Source: Lytechinus pictus (Eukaryota). From it: a stretch of DNA of 64,000 nucleotides. The stretch covers positions 41,666,001 to 41,730,000 of the forward strand of contig NC_087251.1 of assembly GCF_037042905.1 (NCBI RefSeq), in the 5' to 3' direction. Both the position numbers and the translations under genes were made by a program. This document shows positions 14,081 through 27,496 of this stretch, piece by piece. Each line of letters begins with the position of its first letter. Within the stretch, counting starts at the first letter, position 1. The notes below the pieces were generated by a model that was not told the origin of the DNA, did no database searches, and worked only from the letters and a program-made list of their open reading frames with translations.

Positions 14081-17000
14081 CAGTGTCATTGAGTAACCAT
14101 TGTTATTTCTTGTTATCTCCTCAATCAGCCGGATAATTATTTTAAACAGGTACCTGTAATTACATTTTAAAAGCTTAGAATCTATATTTAGGCCTAAGTA
14201 GAGTATCAAAAGAATCAACTGAAATATATTCACATTTTCTCTCGCAAGTTGTTCTACCATTGGATGTTTCACTGCTGTCTTAACTATTGCTGACTTGATA
14301 TACAGTATGATTAAGTTTAGAATCAAGACATATACACGTATCAAATTTCTTTAATAATGTCTTTATCATGTATTTGAAGTATGTTTGATTATAATTAGTT
14401 TCTCATTTGAATTTTTTTTGATCAACCAATGCAGGTCTAGTTGAAACCTACCTACCTATGACGTTCTTATTCCTTTATTAATATTTATGATACTTACTTT
14501 GGAAAGCAGTTTTGCATAACTGAACAGACCTACCCTGCATGCAGTATGAAATAAAGAAAACAAACAAACAAACAAATAAATAAATAAATACTTCCATGAG
14601 GTCTATATAATCTTTAATCAAAATGAATCAGTTATAAATCCACGTAGAAATCATGAGAATCGGGTCAATGGCACAATGTACTTTTTTATCATTCTCATGC
14701 GGTGAAGTAGTATTGATATCATTTTTGGTATGGATACTCCTTTTTTATAATATTTTTTTTACTTGTTTTGTATACACCAATAGCCCTGGGTTCCGTTTTG
14801 CTCGTGCAAAAACTTGTTTATACTATTATAGGGCAGTATCATAATCGCAGTGATCTGTTTTAAGTCGGCAATCAAAGCTATCACTGATTCAATCTATTTA
14901 TTGAACTATTAGTTCTGGCTTGGTATGTTTTCTTGCACTAATACCAAGTCGTGGAGAGCTACTATTGTTTTCTTAAACATTCTCTCACATTATAGTGAAA
15001 GAATAGAGCGGGTGCAAAGGCTCTGTCATTCCTCCTATTCCCTATAAACCTTCTCGGGGAAGAATAGTAATCGCCCACATGCATGCATTCTATTGTTCCT
15101 CTTTAAATTAAAAGTCCAGAGCTATTCTGCACCCCTTTCGGAACACCCCATCGTTAAAACCTGACCCACAGAAGACAAAAATCGATTGCTTCGGGGCCGA
15201 ATAGAACGGAAGGTTTGGGGTTTAGGACCGGGGAACAGAAGGGATGCCGAGGTATGAATGGAATAAAGAATAACTCTTCTACCGAGATAGTCGAGTACTA
15301 ATCAACCGACACCATACCGTGACATAAGCCATCTCTGCACCCCTTTTCACCGAATATCGATCTTTTTTACTTTCTTTACCATCCCTTTCACCAGCTATGC
15401 ACCATGTGGAGTCATAAAAGATCCTTTGCAAGCTTTTAAATGAAAGTTATCTGTACCTCCCCGATGACCCCCTTGCTCTGTTGAAGGGTACGGAGCTGTG
15501 TCCTTTGGTATATAGCAATTGGAAATGCATGAATCTTGAAACATCGATTTTATCAAGGGGGTAATTTTAAACATAACAACCCCAAAGTATAATATATTAG
15601 AATGGAGGCGTGCCCTCCGATCGAATTCAAATAATATTTATTGTTCGTAAAATGGAAATCAACATCAGCGCCGTAAACAAAACGGGCGCTTCAACTTTGA
15701 AAAACAATTCCACAACTTCAATATGCTAATATTCGAAAATCATAAAATATAGATATTCTTATCAAGTTTCTCGTGTACCAGATCACAACCTATCCGGGGC
15801 TAGATTGTGATTGAAGATAATACTATCAACAATTGTCCCATTAGGCGAGTTATTCGGATTGGAAATGAAATGTATTTATTATCCAGACACAAATTTAAAT
15901 TTTGTGACAGTTAGAAGTCAATATGAAACTTATACATCTAAAACAATGTAGAATGCTTTCTATATTTAACAATTACTGGCTAATTAATAAATCAAATACA
16001 TTTTCAAAATGCTACCGATTTCCTTATAAAAAACGGATTGTATGCTAATCTATATATTATGAGCTATTGAGGCCCTTCAGTGATACCATTAAGACGATTG
16101 TAAAAGGGAACTTTACTTACAAAAAAAAAATTTAACCGACACTTGATGTATATTATGATTAATCAAGACTGACTTGTTTGGATAGCCGCAACGGGCTTTT
16201 GATAGGAATATCACTAGTTCATGATTGATTTCAAAGAGTAATTTGAAATCAAGCGACCTATAATCATTGCGAAAACTCTAAATGTTATACGCACGTGGTG
16301 CGATTAGTGAAGTTTAATCTGATGATAGCGATTATGAGCCTTCTGATCTCATGCTCAAGTGTCGTAAGTCGGATTAACATTGGTCTTAGTCTGTTCGGAG
16401 TGCGATCGCATCAGCTTTACTAACGGAGTTGTAGTATTTATATTGTGCTTAATTCGACGTTTAACATGTTTAAAGATTATTGGAATGATTAATACCATTA
16501 ATTCACAAAATCGACAAACAGCCTTTTCTACATTTACAGGAGTTGATATAAAATCCTTAAAATGTTGTTTTTCGCCTTTGATATTGGATTAAGGGTTTTG
16601 AATTCAGGAGCTGACAAAAGGCGCAACAAGACACCATGCCAACGCGCGCCAATTATTTTGGTCATTACCACTGCAAATTCACAGATGATAATCACAAATA
16701 AATTTAATCATTTCATATGCGAATCAGTACATTTCAGATTTAAAACGACAATACTGATGCTAATCTAACAAATCATAATGTCCTTTAATGACATGAGATC
16801 GAGGATACGATTTGAAACTTTTTAGACTGCGTGATTATTGACGAGGAAATATGCCATAGAATTACTACCTTAGGAGCTATTTTGATTGAGGAATCATTTT
16901 TTTTTCGTTGTACCATGTGTTCTTTTTACATATTCAGGCAAAATTGTTAATGTGCTCGAAAATAGAATATATTAAAATAAAAAGATATCCACAACATTCC

Positions 17001-19625
17001 CTTAGTTGTAGTTGATTGCAATTGATTTCCACGACAAACTAGATCTATTTATCATACTATTAGAAGAAATTGAATCCATTAATAGTTTGGTTGAAATTTC
17101 ATTTCATTATCAGCTTTGAACTTTCTTCCATTTTGGATTCACAAGATGTACTGATTGTTTGGTACTTTGAAAGTCTAATAATAATTACTGACTGTCAGAT
17201 CTGGATGGGGACTAATTCAGGGATCGTTGTTAAAGAGTGCGTGAAAGACGACTTCTTTATACAGACGATACCCTTCTTAACATCCCCTCCAAGGAGAGTT
17301 CGGGTGTCATTTCAATCCCAATGATGACGTTCACATTAGGAGAAGTTAGTCAGGGTTGAGGCAGATGATGCGATGCTTATAGCCTTCTCGGTACCCAGAT
17401 GCCGCAAAGCCTCGTGAAGGATGCGCTCGGTTTGGAAGGAGACAGGTATCGCCGTGAAAGCGCGGGAAACAACGCAGCATCGCAGACGGTATATAAGAGC
17501 TCTCAAGTTGAGAAGGGATTTCAAGAAGGAGGAGTGACTTCGGAGAATCCCTGAGGGAAAATGATAGGATGGAAGATAACTCGCATAGTTGACGCAAGAA
17601 GGGGGTATTTGTTAAACGGTGTCATCTGCGATTTCACTTTATTTGATCCTCAAGGAGACGAATCGATGTGGAGCACGGCGCGAAGAGCCTCGACCTCTTG
17701 GCAAAGTGCGATTTTTTGCAAAGATTTGTAGTCATCCGGAATTAAGAAAATTATTTGCCTTTTCACCATTTTGAGTGATGGAGTAAATGAGACATAAGTT
17801 ATCTATGCAGGATTAGGTTTGCAAACTACAATATTTTGTTCATTAATATTTTCAATCATGCTAAAAAGCGCTCAGAATAGTATTAAGCACTATAGAAATA
17901 TAACCTCCCATTTCAGTTAAGTACGAATTTAAACCAGTTTGTAATTATCTTATTGAAAAATATTTCAACATTTTGATGATTCATTAAGGATTTTTTTTTT
18001 TTTTTTTTGGGGGGGCAAAGTGAACTAAGTGTTTCTTACATCACAAAATAAGTCTTTTAATCGAGGCGCTCATTAATCATGTCGCTGCAAGAAATAAAAC
18101 AAATATTAGTCTCTATAAATAATAAGAAAGAAATTACAAAAAATTATGTATTATTTTCATAAATTTTATACCATGCTCTGACATCATTGGTATTAAGTCT
18201 CATATAATTAGATCAAAGGCACTTTGCCTTTATGAATTTTCATTTTTTGTAAAGATGTGCTATAAATGCGTGATATGTATATGTTTCTTTATGGAATGAA
18301 GGAGTGTTGAAGGTATGTATTTGCAATCGATGAATATTACAATCGCAGCTTTGCAACTCATAAATATTTCACTACAATAAGTCAATCTCGACTTTCCGTT
18401 GCGAGAAGCAATCTCATAATCTTATTACCCAACAAGATTAATTAGGGAGCCTGCAATTTACTTGTAAGTCTTTTGGTTGCACCTCTCACAAAAGAGCTGC
18501 AAAATTGTTGTTTATTAATCAATGACAATCAAATACACATCGATTGATTTATGATAAACTTGATTTCATATTTTAATCACAACATCAATGATATTTTTTA
18601 AATTTGAATGTAATTTGTCAACATAAATTATTAAAACAATCTCAATACGTTTGTTCAGAGGAGAGTTAGAAGACATTTAACATAATAAGTTCGATTACAA
18701 AGACGAGTGACCGATTTCACATGTTTCAGGAGCGTGGAATGTTTTCGTAGGAGTAAGAGGATGAATACAGGAGAAGTAACATTTTTGTTTGTGTTATAAT
18801 TTTTTAAAATAAAACTCCTAAATTCTTTAAGCGTTTTACTTTCTTATTCTTTTTCAGAAAATATTGAGAACAAAAATAATACGTAGTATTTTCCTGGCAG
18901 GCAACTAGGGATGGGTGAATGACCGTCAGAAAAGAAGTAAAACAAACATTAAGCGGAAAAAAACACAACATATTCCCACGAGCATTTCCTTTCTTAATCT
19001 GTCCATGTCAACAACAATAAAAACGATATAAATGTTTAATGGTGTCGGCATTGCGACGGTATGCTAAAGATGTTTAATGTTTTCGTGTTTGTACAATGTA
19101 TAGGAGAGATGGCTAGATGCGGGTAGCACTCTTGAGAGGTGTTTGTGACATTGCACGTCAGGATGTGTGTGTGTATTCACATTTTAATGACATTGTTTGA
19201 TCGATATTGTAGGCGTAAGATAATTCCTGCCCCCAGAATGAGGTGTGAATGGATGTCTTTTGATTGGGAAGAACCGAGAACCTTTACAAGATGCGGGTCG
19301 ATCTATTGTTTATCACTTCGTAGGAATGCGAGAAGAAAGCGCTTTGTCCGCCACCAAGTCTGTTGTGGACGGACAATAGACCGTGGAGGAGTTTTGTTTT
19401 CTTCGAATTTGCTGACTGACCATCGTGAATGAATGAATGAATGACGAGATCACATATGGATAGACTCATCGTGTTGTTCATTCTAATCGGTTTGCTTCCA
19501 GATTGATCTCGTACACACACTCTCACAAATCGCATTCGTTGCACTGTTGATTCAACCACTGCCAGGCCGGACCCAGAGCTGGACACTGATTTGCCTTGTA
19601 CTCCAAAATCGTATAACTTGTGACC

Positions 19626-20019
19626 ATGGAAACACTCGCCAACCACGCTAATCGTGAAATCAAAATGGAGTCTACTTCTCCGCAGGAGTTCAAGATGTTG
19701 AATATCAAGTCGGAGAAGATAGAGAGATCTGGGCTGTCGTCGTCGCCGCCGAGACTGGCCATCGACTGCGGGGACTCTGCTCGATCACCAATACCATCAC
19801 CCATGGACCCACCGGGAGGTCACAGGGTACCCTACCCAGTACAACTTCATTACCCTTACCAATATGCCTATAGCAATCCTATGTATGGAGAAGGAACCTT
19901 ACCACCACCGCCTGATCGGTATCTCCCGCCTCATCTTCATCAGCAGCAGCAGCATCCGATGTATCAGCCACCCATTACCGGCCCAATGTCCAGTGAAAAG
20001 CCGCATTCTAACGGCATCG
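19626..20019 (+). CDS. Otx: Otx alpha-type alternative first coding exon (METLANHANREIKMES...KPHSNGI)
   Basis: 131 codons of P/Y/Q/H-rich sequence; GTAAGG donor at 20020 in phase 1 joins 23797 in frame to give ...[16 protein letters not shown]. Two N-terminal isoforms from one gene are established for sea-urchin Otx. Confidence 0.9.
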
Positions 20020-23000
20020 GTAAGGCAGTGGCGTTTTCATGTTCGCACGCCATAAAAGCTCTCATTTGTATCATGGTGAAGATCTTCTTTTTCCTCTGGG
20101 TTGATCTGCCTCCTTCAAGATTGAATATTATTGCAGATCCCTCAAAAGGAATAATTTTCAAGCTATTTGTTCCATATTCTGACATATGGTTTCACTAGCC
20201 TTTGTCTAAGTAATATTATGTTAAAATTATGGAAAGCCAAACAATATCAGCCAAACTTGCCTATTTTTCATAATCGCATTCCAATTGCTTTTTCTTGTTT
20301 GCCCGCCATAAGTTATTTTTTGTATCATGATTAATAAGCTGCTTGGCCATATCATCAAATCCGTTTTTACTCACACGTGTCGAAGTATTATATTGAATAT
20401 GAAAAGCCTAAAAATGTCAGCCAAACTTGTCAACCTTTTAGTGTTTTAAACGCATTCAAACGCCATCGTAAGACGGGGGCGTTAATGTGTTTGCCCGCGA
20501 TAAAAGTTTTATTTTTGTACCACGTTGAAAGTACCTTAAAAGTCATATACAGCTGTTTGAATCACGTTCTAAAATCTGGTTTAATTTGCATGTGTCGAAG
20601 TATACGTTAACGTTATTAAAAGTAAAATAATGTCGGTCAAACTTGTTGCCTTTTATATTTCTTACATTTACGAATATCTTTCCCCATGATTTAAGTATGA
20701 AGAAAACTATTGTAGTTTGAGGTTGAGTGCTACATGTAATTGTGATAATTTGAGCGTCTATACGGCAAGTGCTTTGTGGCACATTTTGACATCCCATAGC
20801 TAAACCAATTTCTGAACCATGTGCCGAACTATAGCTGTGTGATTGTATAAAAGGAGACAGTCGACACAATTTATATGGGAACTTCTGATTCTAACATTTG
20901 GAATGTACATGTAATAATTATCATCATTATGCAACATAATAGCACACAATGTTTCCGAGCGCTACATACTATTACATGACTTTGTAATAGGTGTTAGGTG
21001 TGTAGACCTTTCCAGTGACGTAATATATATTTTTGGTGTGATTGGCGGATTTTATTAACCTTGTTGATAATCTCGATGAAATTTGAGTAATGCAAAGAGA
21101 CACTGTCATATCAATCACGCTAATGTTGATTTTTTTTTAATAAAACGATAGATGGGTGATTGCACTATTCTGTCCCTTAATGATGTTGGGGCTTGTTTCC
21201 ATTGATTAATTATAGTGTTAATGGCAGTACGACGCGAAGAACTAGGGTAGCTATATGGTTAATTTTCCTCTTTAAGATTATGGTGAATTATCTTTTTTTC
21301 CATTTGCCTCAATTTGTTATGGATTATACCAAGAAAAATCATTCTATCCATCTTAATTTTTTAAAAGGCAATATTGATTTTTTTGTTTTTACTGAAAGTC
21401 CGCATCCGGGACTTACATCCGGGTCTCACCGTCAACGAGAGGCGTGTAATAAAAGGAATGGTCAAGGTTGTTAGGAGGAAGGCAACAATGGAAACTTGAA
21501 AATAAGTTTTTACGAAACAAAGTTTAATTTTTTCAAAGTGATTTTTAGGTTTCACGAAGGGGGGATGCAAGAAAGTATTTGCATTTCATTGTTATCGTTA
21601 ATTTACATTATATCATTTTGTGACTATAGCCAAATTGTTTGTGCTTATCTAGTCCAAAATCAATTCTGAATTTGCATATTAATTGCGAGACGTATTTGAT
21701 CAAAAATTGACTTGCAGTTGATAATAAGTTCCTTAAAATACCAAATTGTCATTTTCTACCACGTCTATTAGAAAGGAAAGTATAGTATAGGTCTATATCA
21801 ATATGATATCTGGATAACAAATCGACGGTTGGATCGGCTATCAATCCTGTTACTTGGGAGGAGATTGATTTTAACTTGATGGATACAAATCTATTCAGTT
21901 CTATTGTAATTTAGATTAATGATTATAGCGATAGTATTATGTTGAACATTTTTAATGCACCGGCGTTGTTACAGCGTGTTCGCTTACGATAATAAGTAAT
22001 GGGTCTGAAATACGAGGGAGAATATTTCTAGACCCGCACTGCATTTCCCGGTTTTTTATCAGACTTGCCAAATAGAACCAATCAGCTAGTTGATCAATGG
22101 GGAATTTCTGTGACAGATTTTCAGATTTTATCTGACTCCTAAGCAATTATCATTAAAAGAGGTGATACCACCATTCATGTACATAATTTCTACACACTGC
22201 AGCACCGCCAAATCATAACAGTGCCAATAAAATACGGAAGCTTTTGCGGCGGGGTTCTTTGTATCTATTCACAACTTCAAAGATACCATAAATCATTCTG
22301 ACTATTTTTTTCAATCAAAGCCTGTCTTGGTGGAAATTTGGCACATCCGATTTCCATTCGAAGCATGTGATAAGTACATGTCCTCGGCTACATCATTATA
22401 GGTTTGGTATATCGTACGATGGCCACATGCATGAATTAAAGTTAGGGTGTTTATGGCCAAGCTTCGTCCCCATTTGCACCTCTCAAAAAAAAAAGAGGCC
22501 AATTTTCCGGTTTTCTGAAGGACCATTCTATGGAGCACAAACCAGTAAGTTTGTCTTAGCCATGCAGCTCCATTGAAGATGGATATCTGATAGGCCTGTA
22601 CCCTATCGGCACTCGTTCGGTCTCTCTTAGAACACCCCGTCCGCTGTCTTTCTCTCTCTCTCACACCCACAATGGAACGGGGCTAAAGGTGTCCCCTTTT
22701 AGGATACCGCCGCCCACAAACTCCCAATTCATTTCATTATTGAATGTTTCATTTTATGATAGCCAACTATTAAATCGACGCTTGTGTTTTCTTTCTTTCA
22801 TTCCTTGACGGAGCAATTTCTTTTTTTTTCTTGGGGGGGGGGGTGATATGATCACGCGTGGCTATTGTAAGATTGACTATGATCCCTGAGGTTTATAGTA
22901 CCAGTGTATAAGTAAACTATACACCGATGCGAGCCCGGTATTACCCATGTCGCTGTGACATTGAACTTGCACCCCTTACATCGGCGACTAACCCTCCGTG

Positions 23001-23556
23001 CTTTGTATGTATCGCAGGATCCACTTACCTCTCTTTCCAAAGCCCTCTTTTGTCTGGCTTCTCCTCCAATTTTTGGTCTAATTATCTAATTACAATTGAA
23101 CGTTGAGCTGCACCTAAACTAATGTGATCATCCGAACAATTAGGGTTTTGGAAAAATAAATTTCATCTACAAGCTTTTATTGTAATTGAATTCATGCATG
23201 GTAAAAGTGACTGGTCGTTGCTATCACAATTATGAACAATACGGAAGTTAATCTTGTAGCCACTTAACATCATTATTACGATTCACTGGAAAGTAATAAA
23301 AAAAAAAACTTTAAAAATTTGTTTTCTTGTGATTTTCACTGAATTTGGGTATTCTCTGGGATACAAAATGGTGATTTTATCTTGTTTATCGCATATTCTG
23401 AGTGATATATGATTAGAACACTATTCAGAGTAAAATGTAATATTAAAAATAATCATCAGATGTAAGTAACTTAGAACTGGGTTAATGAGTACAACACAAT
23501 GAAATGAATGGGAATGGTGAATCTTGATTGAAATCTTATATGACGTCAGTTTCTTA

Positions 23557-23711
23557 CAGGGGTGTGAGAGTTCAGATTTTTATCTGATTTCAGATTCAGC
23601 CTATTTTTGGCTTTCCTCTGTACAAAAAGTATGGGAGCTCTTTCTATTTCAGACTTTTTCAACACTTCAGCTTTTTTCAGATCTTTTTATTTGTGATCAC
23701 TCACACCCCTG
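23557..23711. mobile_element. 155-bp hAT-like MITE
   Basis: TIR CAGGGGTGTGAG / CTCACACCCCTG; perfect 8-bp TSD GTTTCTTA at 23549-23556 and 23712-23719. Confidence 0.85.
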
Positions 23712-23720
23712 GTTTCTTAA

Positions 23721-24002
<282 letters not shown>

Positions 24003-24084
24003 TGAAGCGTTATAGAACACTTCCCTGCTCAGACACTCTCTCAACCACCTTATCACACACAATCATCATCCACCCCCTCATTTA

Positions 24085-24291
24085 CACAGCAAAAACGTTG
24101 TTTAAACGTTTATACAACAGTGTTTACTATAAGGTAGTTGTTTAACAATCTATAATTTATTGAAAACAAAATATTGAAAACCAAACTTTGTTGTCTAAGA
24201 TTTAAAACGCTTGTTTAATCCGCTTAAACAACTTCTGTAAGGTTTATCTGGTAAACAACGTTGTATAAAAATTAAACAGCCTTTTTCTGTA
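24085..24291. mobile_element. Short CACTA/EnSpm-like MITE
   Basis: CACAGCAAAAAC... / ...CTTTTTCTGTA ends, TA on both flanks, internal TTGTTTAAAC/TAAACAAC repeats. Confidence 0.5.
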
Positions 24292-24910
24292 TATATCTAC
24301 GTTTGATTGTCGATAAGACAGTGGCTTCCTGGTTTGTTCTGATATAAACGTAATTCGCAATCAAATATTAATAATTATTATCATTATTATTCATTTGACC
24401 AAACCATAAATAACGTGAATTCGGAAATTTGTAGAGCTCCAGAGATGATACTGAGAGAAAAAAAACTTGATGTCTTTACACGATTCGAACTGCATGCATA
24501 GGGAAGACCTAAAAAACAACCAATAGCTGACAGTGATATAAAAAAAAGGTTTGTTACTCATGAGTTCTAAAAGTGGATAGGTGGTTTCAAGAGCCAAAGA
24601 TTTGGAGACTATGACTTATACATATAGATATAGGTGCTCATGTAATCCCTACCCAAAAATCATCGTGCTTGCTGTGATATCTATATCATATATATAGAAA
24701 CAATCCTTTCAATGCCAACATATATTTCAGGACTATTCACTCATACATTCAGAAACATATCTCTAGTCTGGTACAATAGTTGATATCAAATCTGTTCTTT
24801 TGAGGGTAGTCATTTTATTAGCCCAAACCTGAAATTCAGTGAGTGTTGTCTCCAAAAAGTCGGTTTTTATTTTGTTTTAAAATAGAATAAGATGATAATT
24901 AGAAAGTTAA

Positions 24911-25483
24911 AGGGATGGTCCAGGCTGGAGATATATATATCTCAATAAATAGAGTAAAATGCTGATAATTTTGATCAAAGTCGGATAACAAATAACAAAG
25001 TTATTGAATTTTAAAGATTTCCACTATTCCAGTGAAATAGTTCTAAGCATGTCTTTGTGAATATTCATTAGGTGGGCTGATGTTGTCATATCCCCACTTG
25101 TTCTTTTGCATTTCATTATATGAAATTAGGATTATTCATTTTTTTTTCTACCAAGAACTAAAACAATTGGATTGACAACTGATTAAGTGCATTAGTTATT
25201 TATTGCTATAACTTATTTACTTATCAACACATGTATAAAATATGATGATGATTTTATGTAATAACATAAGAAAAAGGAAAGTGGGGATGTGACATCATCA
25301 GCCGCCTAATGAATATTCATGACGATGTGCATAATAACTGTTTTTTTTACAAAATATTGATAAAACTTAAAATTTAATGACATCGTTATTTGTAATCGGA
25401 TTTTGATGAAATTTTCAGCATTTTGCTCTGTGAATTTTACTCTATTTATTTAGATATAAATATTTTCAGCCCGGACCATCCCT
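24911..25483. mobile_element. TTAA-targeting palindromic MITE (Kolobok-like)
   Basis: TTAA-AGGGATGGTCCAGGCTG ... CAGCCCGGACCATCCCT-TTGA; long imperfect inverted arms. Internal motifs are shared with 57133-57736. Confidence 0.8.
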
Positions 25484-26406
25484 TTGATATTTCGATGTAG
25501 AAATTATAAGCTAATTTGCAGTGTAATTGGAGTACTTTTTATTATTATAAACCAGAAATGGTCCCTTCATACGACGCATGTGTGCTTAAGGGGTTTAATG
25601 ACCGCATGATCAATGATGAATTGTTATCTCTATGAGATATGAAACAATAGCCGTATTCCATTAACTCTTCACTCTTAAAACAATTTAGCGAAAATAGCTA
25701 TATTATAACCAAAAATGAATAAATCCAGCTCACTTTAACGTCTTCTCGCATACCACCACTACCCATGAATCTATATTCAAAGGTTCAATTTGTGTAAAGT
25801 ATTCTAATTTTCAATGAAAACTTTGTTTATAATCCTGCATGGAAATAACATGTAATGGAGACCGTTCCTATAATAGTCGAGAACATATAAAATCCCTCAG
25901 GATTTTCAACATAACGCACAATCCAAATACCGAAACAGTAACAATGTTTTCTATCTGGATGGGTCAATTAGGGACCTCTTTGAATGCTTTACCATTCATT
26001 CTTCATGACAGAGTAGTAACCATCAATTACAAGTGACAATATCAAAAGAAATCAAGGGTGAAATTAAACAGTCCTGCATATCATTATAAAGAAAAACATG
26101 ACTGGGATACTTATTCTGAATTGTACCTCTATATTATAAAGTATCTTTATGCGGCGTGTCTGGATTGCATATTACCGAAAACTATTAGTCCTTGCAGTAT
26201 TGACATTCAACAAAAAAATTGACATTTGTGGTCGAGTGTGACTTGTTTCTTGAACCCAGCCTCTTTTCATCCATCCTACTCGCGGAACATATCAAAGCAA
26301 AATTGTAAGATTGCTTTTCATACAAAAAACACGCGCAGTCCCGGCATTTGTTTTGATATGCAGCATTAGAAGTAGTGAATAATCGTTAATACCTCGTATG
26401 CCTTTG

Positions 26407-26566
26407 TAGTAGAGCGGCTAAGCACCAAAATCGTTCACTTTTTGAAGAAAGCATGAAATTTTGCACATGGTATCTATGATACATGAGGATTGTAAAAAAA
26501 AATGGATCAAAAAAAAAAGCGCCCTCTGGGGGCCGCCATTTTGAATTCCAATATGGCCGCCAAAAT
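26407..26566 (+). repeat. Left TIR of the Academ element
   Basis: Reverse complement of 37103-37272 apart from scattered substitutions and one 10-nt indel. Confidence 0.92.
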
Positions 26567-27496
26567 CATAATACTTTTGGCCATATCTCCTGTTCTATTG
26601 CACCTAGGACTGAGATTCAAACGTCTTTACCCATGTTTTCAGTGTCTAGGAACATGATGGCAGTGTTAAAATCTATGTCAGAGGTCCGCCATATTGAATT
26701 CCAAGATGGCCGACAAAATAAAATTACTTTTGCGCTCGTTTTGTGCAGGTTTTTTTTTTTTTTGCTATTTCACCTTGGAGTTAAATCTAAACGACCATTC
26801 CTGTGTTTTTTTGTCCAGAAAGTTATTACTTATTATCATAATCTATATCAGAAGTCTGCAAAATTGAAATTAAGAAATAACACCCTCTGGGGCCGCCATT
26901 TTGAATTCAAATATGGCTGCAGAAATCAACATACCCTCTGTCCATATTTAGGAGTTCAAGTGTTTTCGATGTCTAAAAAAACATTGCCAATGTCAGAACT
27001 TGCATCTGCGGTATTTGATTTCAAGATGGCCGCCTTGCTATTACACAATATATGTGACAATATACGATATGCCAATGATCATGATACCTTTGAACATATT
27101 TCAAATGAGCTCATTTCACCATATAGCCACAATATAGTCTTTTTGCAAACCTGTTAATACCTATATTTGCACGAAGACAAGCACACAGTTCAAACTTATA
27201 TATCCATTTTGGTGATTTGAAAAATTTTGGTTGTGTCAAAATCAGAGGATTCTCAGATGGCCACCATGTAGTCCGCGCTAGTGCAACCATTAGGCATTGA
27301 CATACCCAAAATAAGAGTGTTAGACAGTTGGATTCCCAGGTAAGGATGTTGGCTAACCTTGGAGTGTCTTGCAGAGGATCCAATAATCAGCGAACAATTA
27401 ACTGCACTGTTGATGAGATGTTTGTCGAGATTTTTGTGGTATAGATGAAAAATAAGGGATAAGGATGTCCTGTCCACATTTATCTATTCTGATCTC

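Noticed and set aside
3136..14344. Low-complexity ORFs (poly-Y/H/N/S/I/T) at 3136-3422, 6051-6379 and 13766-14344
   Set aside because: Translations of trinucleotide microsatellites.
11637..20198. ORF-track extents 11637-12155 and 19620-20198 as complete genes
   Set aside because: They read through strong GT donors at 11941 and 20020 into intron sequence and begin at non-ATG codons; only the exonic parts are Otx.
26483..27157. 224-aa plus-strand ORF
   Set aside because: It is a translation of the TIR and subterminal repeats (recurring GRHFEFQYG) with no protein-like features.
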